Both the position numbers and the translations under genes were made by a program. A stretch of 32,000 nt of DNA from Bacillota bacterium. GTDB lineage: Bacteria; Bacillota; Clostridia; Acetivibrionales; DTU013. Numbering within the stretch: the first letter of the stretch is position 1; the number at the start of each line of letters is the position of its first letter. A model generated the notes under the pieces. That model did not search any database, had not been told where the DNA came from, and was given only the letters and a program-made list of their open reading frames with translations. The stretch spans positions 66,212 to 98,211 of the forward strand of contig JAEZYU010000119.1 of assembly GCA_023418915.1 (NCBI GenBank), written 5' to 3'. Positions 25,023 through 32,000 of this stretch are shown piece after piece.

Positions 25023-26435
25023 ATGGGTGTTTTTGTAAGGCATGATTTAATTGAGGGAAAGGACGGCTTTATATTAACTCTGTACCTGGATCCAAATGAT
25101 ACTGAGTTTTCCAGTGATCTTGGATCGCCTGGTGACAGCCGGAAATCCGAGGAGCTTGGTGGCAGAGTAAAGGAGTATATAAAGGCTAACTTTAAAAACA
25201 TAAAAATAAGTACTGCAAAAATCATGCTGGGGTCGCTGCTTGTGGCTACACTTCATTTATCCACACCTGCTTCTGTACATGCTGTGCCTCAGGCAATATC
25301 ATCACAGTCTGTCGGATTTCCCAACAAAGTGATTATAAACGGTCATGATCACACTTTCCCAAAACAGCCAATAATCATTAACGGAACTACTTTTGTTCCG
25401 ATCCGCAGTGTAGCTGAGGTGCTGGGCGGCGATGTCTGGTGGAATGGCGCATCTAAGACGGTGGGGATCAATAAGGATGGTAAAACGATCACCTTTGTGG
25501 TCGGTGCAGAGCACGCCACTGTAAATGGCAAACAGGTGAAAATGCAGCCGTCATACGTAGACAGAGGGACGACTATGGTACCTCTGAGGTTTGTCAGTGA
25601 ATGCCTCAACATGGATGTCAGGTGGGATCAGTCCACTAAAACGGTACACATATCATCGCCGGATATGACATACACAGTCAGTAATGGTGACACATTGTGG
25701 CTGATTGCCGAACGCCTGGATACAACAGTCGACGAATTAAAGAAGTTGAACAGTCTAAGCTCGGATATGATATATCCGGGTCAAAAGCTGCGTTACAATG
25801 CGGATGAGAAGAATATACCAACTGTGCTTTCTGAATCTGCTGTCGATACAGTATCTCAAATCCCATATACGATAATGCAGGGAGACAGTATTTGGGATAT
25901 CAGCATCAGGTTTGGCATACCGATGTATGAACTGTTGCGTGTGAATGGTATGACGGTTGACAGCCAACTGTCAGTCGGACAGACAATAATGGTACCGATT
26001 CACAGAATACCTGAAAAGAATACACCGGGTCAGAATTATGGAGAGTACCTCGACTGGTGGACCCAGGCGCAATATGTGTTCCCCATCAACAAGGTTGCCA
26101 CGGTAATTGATTTTGAGACGGGTAAAAGCTTCAGAATAAAGAGAACGATCGGTGCAAATCATGCTGATTGTGAGCCGCTGACTGCAAAGGACTCGGCAAT
26201 AATAAAGGAGGTTTGGGGAGGAAGCTATTCATGGAAGGAGAGAGCGGTAATAATCGAGGTCGATGGAAGAAAACTAGCGGCGTCGATGTCTTCAATGCCG
26301 CATGACATTCAATATATTAAGAATAATAATTTCAACGGGCATTTTGATATACATTTTAGAAACAGCACCCGCCATTTCGATGGTAAAATTACAGCTGCCC
26401 ATCAGGAGCAAATCAGAAGGTCGGCGGGAGTGTGA
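25023..26435 (+). CDS. Cell-wall-associated protein: copper amine oxidase N-terminal-like (stalk) domain, two LysM domains and an uncharacterised C-terminal domain
   Basis: INGTTFVPIRSVAEVLGGDVWWNGASKTV and TTMVPLRFVSECLNMDVRWDQSTKTV are Cu_amine_oxidN1 repeats. YTVSNGDTLWLIAERL...YPGQKL and YTIMQGDSIWDISIRF...SVGQTIMVP are the LysM domains. A TM/signal anchor (IMLGSLLVATLHL) follows a 65-aa N-terminal segment. AAAGGAGG RBS is present. Confidence 0.85.
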   Translation: MGVFVRHDLIEGKDGFILTLYLDPNDTEFSSDLGSPGDSRKSEELGGRVKEYIKANFKNIKISTAKIMLGSLLVATLHLSTPASVHAVPQAISSQSVGFPNKVIINGHDHTFPKQPIIINGTTFVPIRSVAEVLGGDVWWNGASKTVGINKDGKTITFVVGAEHATVNGKQVKMQPSYVDRGTTMVPLRFVSECLNMDVRWDQSTKTVHISSPDMTYTVSNGDTLWLIAERLDTTVDELKKLNSLSSDMIYPGQKLRYNADEKNIPTVLSESAVDTVSQIPYTIMQGDSIWDISIRFGIPMYELLRVNGMTVDSQLSVGQTIMVPIHRIPEKNTPGQNYGEYLDWWTQAQYVFPINKVATVIDFETGKSFRIKRTIGANHADCEPLTAKDSAIIKEVWGGSYSWKERAVIIEVDGRKLAASMSSMPHDIQYIKNNNFNGHFDIHFRNSTRHFDGKITAAHQEQIRRSAGV

Positions 26436-26639
26436 TACTGTCGTAAATAGTTTTTAGCAACAGAGAATTTTCCTCTGCGCAAATGGGCCATTTGTGTAAT
26501 CAAAATTCCGGCATTACTAATATAGTTCAAAAATAGTCCATAAGTCCTACCAAATAGGCCATACCGTCTATTTTTTGATTAAACTGATAATGGTACAATA
26601 GAGATGTGGTAATACTTACATTATGATAAGGGGTCTGAT

Positions 26640-27191
26640 ATGTCTAACAGGATCATTATCGGCGGCAGTAATAAAAAAGAGGTTTTACAAAAAACAGTGA
26701 CCAATGTTCCGGTTAATGATACTGGTGCTGTTCCGGTCCAGGATACTAAAGCGATCCCATTGGATGAAAAGGTTTGGGGTAATGATAATGCCATATTGGA
26801 GAAAATCGATAAAGGATTGCTTGCGGACAGAAGGCTTTTCGTCAGGATCAGGCACATGCAGAGGGTTACCTGCAGCACGGAATACAAAGACGTTAAAAAG
26901 GAGCCGGTGGAATTAGACAAGCCGCTGGAGTTCATGACAGTTGATCTTTCGGTTGGCGGCATTGGCATAGTTTGTGAAAGTGAAATCGGTATCGGCAGGA
27001 TTCTTGGTCTGCGCATTCTGCTGGATAGGATCCCCTACGATATCAAATGCGAAGTTGTGTATTGCATCCGGATCGATGGCAAATTCAGAGCCGGGCTGAG
27101 AATAGCCCAGAAAGAAAAGCGTTTCATGAGACATCTTAAGATATTTGTCGCAAGAGTGTCGCTGACCAGTGAATACGCCTCAGGAGAGTAA
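26640..27191 (+). CDS. PilZ domain protein (putative c-di-GMP receptor)
   Basis: RRLFVR (RxxxR) and DLSVGG (DxSxxG) have the spacing expected for PilZ. AAGGGG RBS is present. An extended -10 TGGTACAAT lies at 26591-26599. Confidence 0.8.
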   Translation: MSNRIIIGGSNKKEVLQKTVTNVPVNDTGAVPVQDTKAIPLDEKVWGNDNAILEKIDKGLLADRRLFVRIRHMQRVTCSTEYKDVKKEPVELDKPLEFMTVDLSVGGIGIVCESEIGIGRILGLRILLDRIPYDIKCEVVYCIRIDGKFRAGLRIAQKEKRFMRHLKIFVARVSLTSEYASGE

Positions 27192-27234
27192 TAGAATCAG
27201 AAACCGACCTCTTTTTGGTTAGTCCATAATAATT

Positions 27235-27292
27235 GCGGGTTCGCAGCCTGCACCGAACTTACAGCCCTCGGTGCAGACGCAGACCCGCTTTT
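27235..27292 (+). terminator. Probable intrinsic terminator downstream of the PilZ gene
   Basis: GCGGGT (27235-40) pairs with ACCCGC (27283-88), and TGCACCGA (27249-56) pairs with TCGGTGCA (27268-75). TTTT follows. The internal loop makes the hairpin imperfect. Confidence 0.5.
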
Positions 27293-27455
27293 ATATTATT
27301 TCAAAATGCTTATCGCATCGTATTGTCTTTCATAGGCCTCTTTTCTGTATTTATCCACTTCGTTTTTGTTATTATCAACGTGGGTCAGGCACTCTGCACC
27401 AAGTGCATGAACTGCTAATAAATATCGTGATTTTTATAACTGTTTGTCTCCTGTT

Positions 27456-28205
27456 CTATTCATAATCTATGACGTCTACCCAGTGCAGAAGAAGACTGCG
27501 TTCATCCGGATTGCCATTTATGGACTGGCAGGCTGCCACCAGCGGTATCCATTTCTGCACATATTGCTTTGCGGTATCACTGTTTTTGCAAAACAGTCTG
27601 AGATATTTCTTTGCACCTTCCGTATTGCCGGAAAGCCAGAAAAGAAGATATGTCCTTGCGGCATCAGCGGATGCGTTGCCCTGGGTGGCGTGAGACCAGT
27701 CCAGTATATAGGGGGTGCCGTCCTTTGCCACTATTATATTGCTTGGGTTGAAGTCGCCGTGGCAAACCTTGTCGTGGCTTGGCATTGATTCCAAACGGGT
27801 GTGAAGATCATAGCGGGTCGTGGCATCCAGTTCTGTCATCGATATCTGGCGCTGCATTTTATCCTTCAGCTTGTTCAGCAGAGGTGCCTTTTGACGGTGC
27901 ACTTCCAGCTGAAGATCGACGAAGAACTTCAGATATTCATCGTACTTTTCCGGAGTTTCATTCATTAGGGCTTCGAGAGTTCTACCCTCAATGAATCTGG
28001 TGATGATCGCCCACTTTCGGTCAATTTTTGTAACTTCGACGATTTCCGGTATATGAAGATTTGTCTGTTCGATCCTGGCCTGATTGAGTGCCTCGTTTAG
28101 AACATCTGCCTTTGAATAGTGTTCATCAAAAACCTTTATTGCCAGATCCCCGTCCCGATAAACGGTTTTGGATGTGCGTACTGCAATTATTTTATTGAGA
28201 TTCAT
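27456..28205 (-). CDS. Phosphotransferase enzyme family protein (APH/choline-kinase fold)
   Basis: Brenner motif HGDFNPSN (HxDxxxxN) and ILDWSH are present. AAAGGAGG RBS is present. The gene lies 37 nt downstream of adhE with no visible terminator between them. Confidence 0.85.
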   Translation of the reverse strand: MNLNKIIAVRTSKTVYRDGDLAIKVFDEHYSKADVLNEALNQARIEQTNLHIPEIVEVTKIDRKWAIITRFIEGRTLEALMNETPEKYDEYLKFFVDLQLEVHRQKAPLLNKLKDKMQRQISMTELDATTRYDLHTRLESMPSHDKVCHGDFNPSNIIVAKDGTPYILDWSHATQGNASADAARTYLLFWLSGNTEGAKKYLRLFCKNSDTAKQYVQKWIPLVAACQSINGNPDERSLLLHWVDVIDYE

Positions 28206-28242
28206 TACTTTGACCTCCTTTTAGTTACGATTTATACAGGTT

Positions 28243-30852
28243 TCACATTCTGCCATAATAAGCGCTCAGATACATTTCTCTGATCTCGCTTATCAGAGGA
28301 TACCTTGGATTTGCGCCGGTGCACTGGTCATCGAAGGCCTGCTCCGACATTTCATCCAGCTTGTCCAGGAAGTGATTCTCATCTATGCCGTAATCCTTGA
28401 TATTCCTTTTTATACCGACCTTTTCCTTCAGCTCCTCAATAGCATTGATCAGATTTTCAAGCTTCTCTTCGTTATTTTTTCCCTTTATGCAAAGGAAGTC
28501 AGCTATCTCTGCATATCTTTCGATCGTATGGGGGTGATCGTACTGTGGGAAGGTTCCCATTTTAGCTGGGACATTTGCTGCGTTGAAGCGAAGCACCTCG
28601 CTGATCATCAATGCATTGGCGATGCCATGAGGCAGGTGATGGAATGCACCAAGCTTATGGGCCATCGAATGACAGACACCGAGGAATGCATTGGCAAAAG
28701 CCATGCCTGCGATCGTAGATGCATCAGCCATTTTCTCCCTTGCCTTCGGGTCAGCCGCCCCGTTTTCATAAGCCCCTGGCAGATATTCAAATATCATTTT
28801 GATCGCTTTTAGTGCGAGTCCGTCTGTGTAATCGGTAGCCAGCATCGATGCGTAAGCTTCCAGCGCATGGGTCAGAGCATCGATACCTGATGCGCTTGTG
28901 AGGCCTTTGGGCTGATCCATCATCAAGTCTGCATCTACAATAGCCATCTGTGGCAGCAGTTCGTAATCAGCCAGAGGATATTTGACACCGGTGTTTTCAT
29001 CGGTTATGACAGCAAACGGTGTTACTTCGCTGCCTGTGCCTGAGGATGTCGGAATTGCGATAAAATATGCCTTCTGACCCATTTTGGGGAAAGTATAAAC
29101 TCGTTTCCTGATATCCATGAAACGCATCGCCATATCAAGGAAATCCGCCTCGGGATGCTCATACAACACCCACATTATCTTGGCTGCATCCATTGCCGAG
29201 CCTCCGCCTACTGCTATTATGCAGTCGGGTTCGAATGCCTTCATTGCCGCAGCTCCTTCCTTGGCACATTCAAGTGTGGGATCGGGAGCTACATCATAAA
29301 ATGTCGTGTGAACTATGCCCATCTCTTCAAGCTTGTCTGTGACCGGCTTTGTATAGCCATTATTGTAAAGGAAGCTATCTGTTACTATAAACACTTTTTT
29401 CTTGCCAAGTACATTCTTGAGTTCGTCGAGCGCCACGGGCAGGCACCCTTTTTTCATATATATCTTTTGTGGAGTACGGAACCAAAGCATGTTCTCTCTC
29501 CTTTCCGCTACCGTCTTTATATTGAGCAGATGCTTTACACCGACATTTTCTGATATAGAGTTGCCGCCCCATGAACCGCAGCCCAGTGTGAGAGACGGTG
29601 AAAGCTTGAAGTTGTACAGATCTCCTATGCCGCCGTGAGATGAGGGAGTGTTTACAAGTATGCGGCATGTTTTCATTCTGGCTGAAAACTCATCAAGCTT
29701 TTCCTTTTGAGCAGTATCTATATATACTGAGGCTGTATGACCAAAACCACCATCTGCGATCAGCCTTTCAGCCTTGTCCAGAGCTTCTGTGAAGGTCTTT
29801 GCCCTGTACATTGCAAGGACAGGGGAGAGCTTTTCATGAGCGAATTCTTCCGACAGGTCAACACTTTCAACCTCGCCTATCAATATCTTTGTTTTTTCCG
29901 GCACTTCAAAGCCTGCAAGTGCGGCAATTTTTGCTGCGGATTGGCCGACTATCTTGGCATTAAGCGAGCCGTTTATTATGATGGTGCTGCGGATCTTTTC
30001 TGTCTCCTCATCATTCAGGAAATAGCATCCTCGCCGTGCAAATTCAGCTTTTACCTTTTTATATATGTCATCTGTTACGATTACGGATTGTTCTGAAGCG
30101 CATATCATACCGTTGTCAAAGGTCTTTGAATGAATTATGGAATTCACTGCAAGCAGTATATCCGCTGAACTGTCAATAACAGCCGGCGTATTGCCCGGTC
30201 CGACGCCGATGGCTGGCTTGCCTGATGAATATGCGGCTTTTACCATACCGGGTCCGCCTGTGGCAAGGATCAAGTCTGCCTGCTTCATTATATGGTTTGT
30301 CATCTCAAGTGAGGGGATATCTATCCAGCTTATGATGTCTTCCGGTGCACCGGCTTTGACAGCTGCTTCCAGAACCACCTTTGATGCCTCGACAGTGCAG
30401 TTCTTTGCTCTGGGATGCGGGCTGATCACTATGCCGTTCCTTGTCTTCAATGCCAGCAGAGTCTTGAATATCGCAGTGGAGGTCGGATTTGTGGTTGGAA
30501 TGACAGCTGCAAGGATACCAACAGGCTCAGCTATCCTTTTAACACCGAATGCCTTGTCTTCCTCGATCACGCCGCAGGTTTTCACATCCTTATATGCATT
30601 GTAGATATACTCTGAGGCATAATGATTTTTGATCACCTTATCCTCCACGATCCCCATACCGGTTTCGGCGGCAGCCATTTTTGCCAGACGGATGCGTTCT
30701 CTGTTTGCAGCCATGGAAGCCTCGAAGAAGATCCTGTCGACTTGCTCCTGTGTGAAGCCGGCATATATTTTCTGAGATTCCCTTGCACGGATCAGAGCAG
30801 CTTCCAGTTTTTCTACACTGTCAACGATTTCGTATTTTCTTGTGCTTTCCAT
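28243..30852 (-). CDS. adhE: Bifunctional acetaldehyde-CoA/alcohol dehydrogenase
   Basis: An N-terminal ALDH domain and a C-terminal Fe-ADH domain (VGGGSAMDAAK, GVCHSMAHKLG) are present, at about 870 aa. The start is set at ATG 30852 (MESTRKYEI) behind AAGGAGG rather than at 30906. Confidence 0.95.
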   Translation of the reverse strand: MESTRKYEIVDSVEKLEAALIRARESQKIYAGFTQEQVDRIFFEASMAANRERIRLAKMAAAETGMGIVEDKVIKNHYASEYIYNAYKDVKTCGVIEEDKAFGVKRIAEPVGILAAVIPTTNPTSTAIFKTLLALKTRNGIVISPHPRAKNCTVEASKVVLEAAVKAGAPEDIISWIDIPSLEMTNHIMKQADLILATGGPGMVKAAYSSGKPAIGVGPGNTPAVIDSSADILLAVNSIIHSKTFDNGMICASEQSVIVTDDIYKKVKAEFARRGCYFLNDEETEKIRSTIIINGSLNAKIVGQSAAKIAALAGFEVPEKTKILIGEVESVDLSEEFAHEKLSPVLAMYRAKTFTEALDKAERLIADGGFGHTASVYIDTAQKEKLDEFSARMKTCRILVNTPSSHGGIGDLYNFKLSPSLTLGCGSWGGNSISENVGVKHLLNIKTVAERRENMLWFRTPQKIYMKKGCLPVALDELKNVLGKKKVFIVTDSFLYNNGYTKPVTDKLEEMGIVHTTFYDVAPDPTLECAKEGAAAMKAFEPDCIIAVGGGSAMDAAKIMWVLYEHPEADFLDMAMRFMDIRKRVYTFPKMGQKAYFIAIPTSSGTGSEVTPFAVITDENTGVKYPLADYELLPQMAIVDADLMMDQPKGLTSASGIDALTHALEAYASMLATDYTDGLALKAIKMIFEYLPGAYENGAADPKAREKMADASTIAGMAFANAFLGVCHSMAHKLGAFHHLPHGIANALMISEVLRFNAANVPAKMGTFPQYDHPHTIERYAEIADFLCIKGKNNEEKLENLINAIEELKEKVGIKRNIKDYGIDENHFLDKLDEMSEQAFDDQCTGANPRYPLISEIREMYLSAYYGRM

Positions 30853-30995
30853 ACATATTCCTCCTTTACGATTGCTATCTTGATAGTGCTTTGGGCTGTT
30901 TTTCATAAGCTACTTAACACTATCACGATTGCGGTCGGTATTGTTTCGTAACTAATGTCAGTTTTATAGCAACATTGATAAATATTTAACTAACT

Positions 30996-31013
30996 ATGAT
31001 AAAATTTTAACAC
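30996..31013. promoter_or_regulatory. Candidate Rex (redox-sensing repressor) operator upstream of adhE
   Basis: ATGATAAAATTTTAACAC matches the published Clostridial Rex consensus TTGTTAA-N4-TTAACAA at 11 of 14 defined positions. It lies about 145 nt upstream of the adhE start codon, and adhE is a classical Rex target. Confidence 0.35.
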
Positions 31014-31343
31014 ATTCATTATGTTCTGTCAATCAGTTTGCAATATTTTTGTAACGAGGCAGATTATGTCCCCCACCTCATAAAGTATTTTCAAACCCTT
31101 CAGGCTGAAAAACGCTATGTGGCGGGTAGCGATTTTCCTTTCAGGTGTCGAATCAAGAAGAATGAGTGAAATGTACCGGCTTCCATGCACGGTAATCACA
31201 AAACTGGGTTTTGCATGTGAAAATGGCGCTGCGGTCGGGATCATGTCAGGCAAATACATCTTGCCGCATATCTTGACAAATACAGGCGAAAGACATATCG
31301 TTTATTTGAGAATAAACCCGACAGATTGAGGAGGTACCAAAAT

Positions 31344-32000
31344 ATGAGTTTCACAGGCTTTTCTAAAGAAGCCCTCAAGTTTCTTTTTGAAAATAAGATG
31401 AATAACAGCAAGGAATGGTATGAAGAGCACAAAGCGCAATACAGAAAATATGTGTATGATCCTTTTGTCGAACTGGTCAAAGAGCTGTCTCCGGCTGTTG
31501 CTGAAATTGACAGCAGTATTATAACGATCCCCTCCAAGATCATATCGAGGGTGAGGCGGGATACAAGGTTCACCAAGGATAAGAGCCTTTACAGAGACAA
31601 TGTCTGGATCGTCTTCCTACGTGACAAATCACAGATGTCAACATCACCCTGCTTCTGGTTTGAGCTTGGCCAGTACGGCATCAGCTATGGAGTCGGGTAC
31701 TATGGTGCAAATACCGGCTCCATGGTCAGAATGAGGGAGATGATTGTTGACAGGCATCCTGCCTTCATGGCTGCACTGATGGCATATGAAAACCAGAATG
31801 AGTTTGCCGTAGGCGGCGAAACATATAAAAGAAGCAAATTCCCTGACCAGCCGGATAATTTGAGACAATGGCTGGACAGAAAAAATATTTATTTTCAGAA
31901 TGTGCATAACGATTTTAAGCTGGCATTTTCAAAAGAATTGCCGGATGTACTGAAAAGCGGCTTTAAGAGGCTCAAGCCGATATATGATTTTCTTTTGGTT
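31344..32000 (+). CDS. DUF2461 (TIGR02453) family protein, partial; it runs off the window end
   Basis: This ORF is not in the supplied track because no stop codon falls inside the window. The ATG at 31344 follows GAGGAGG. My own translation gives MSFTGFSKEALKFLFENKMNNSKEWYEEHKAQYRKYVYDPF...RVRRDTRFTKDKSLYRDNVW, typical of DUF2461. Confidence 0.8.
   Translation, partial: MSFTGFSKEALKFLFENKMNNSKEWYEEHKAQYRKYVYDPFVELVKELSPAVAEIDSSIITIPSKIISRVRRDTRFTKDKSLYRDNVWIVFLRDKSQMSTSPCFWFELGQYGISYGVGYYGANTGSMVRMREMIVDRHPAFMAALMAYENQNEFAVGGETYKRSKFPDQPDNLRQWLDRKNIYFQNVHNDFKLAFSKELPDVLKSGFKRLKPIYDFLLV

Noticed and set aside
27293-27455. A short minus-strand reading frame downstream of the kinase gene that looks protein-like (…EVDKYRKEAYERQYDAISILK)
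   Set aside because: It has no usable start codon or RBS apart from an internal GTG that would give about 20 aa. It is probably a gene remnant or chance.
28372-30604. Multiple 60-155 aa ORFs antisense to, or out of frame within, adhE
   Set aside because: They are embedded in an unambiguous 870-aa adhE reading frame and are typical shadow ORFs.
31029-31329. Two overlapping 70-76 aa ORFs in the adhE/DUF2461 divergent region
   Set aside because: Neither has an RBS and they overlap each other on opposite strands. The region is better explained as the long adhE promoter and 5' leader. A decayed gene fragment cannot be excluded.

Overview
This window looks like chromosomal DNA from a Firmicutes/Clostridia-type anaerobe; that assignment is inferred from gene content and GGAGG-type ribosome-binding sites. 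I support 27 protein-coding genes and see no rRNA, tRNA, CRISPR array, transposase, integrase or phage genes. Housekeeping genes are truA, an Fe/Mn superoxide dismutase, a guaA-like GMP synthase and adhE. Between them sit envelope, transport and regulatory modules. These are a TetR regulator; a MerR/TipA-like regulator with a textbook 19-nt-spacer promoter; a DUF4358 lipoprotein-MBOAT-AlgX/DHHW glycan O-acylation operon; an XRE-AbrB fusion regulator with an ABC/ABC-2 pair; an Amidase_3 cell-wall hydrolase; an ECF sigma factor with two unknown membrane proteins; a divergent BlaI/M56 pair followed by an unassignable 816-aa polytopic protein; a PF06182-type ABC trio; an MFS exporter; a LysM wall protein; a PilZ protein; an APH-fold kinase; and a partial DUF2461 gene. 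The best candidates for undescribed biology are as follows. (1) The BlaI / sensor-less M56 / 816-aa membrane protein operon. (2) The ECF sigma / 596-aa / 151-aa module next to the amidase. (3) A family of about 75-90 bp nested palindromic intergenic elements, with three copies here; one supplies the stop codon of the amidase gene. (4) A GMP synthase whose glutamine amidotransferase domain is truncated and lacks the catalytic Cys and the His/Glu region. Several short tandem-repeat arrays (50 bp, 25-26 bp and about 26-28 bp units) lie in intergenic regions. All family assignments come from motif recognition by eye; no database search was run.
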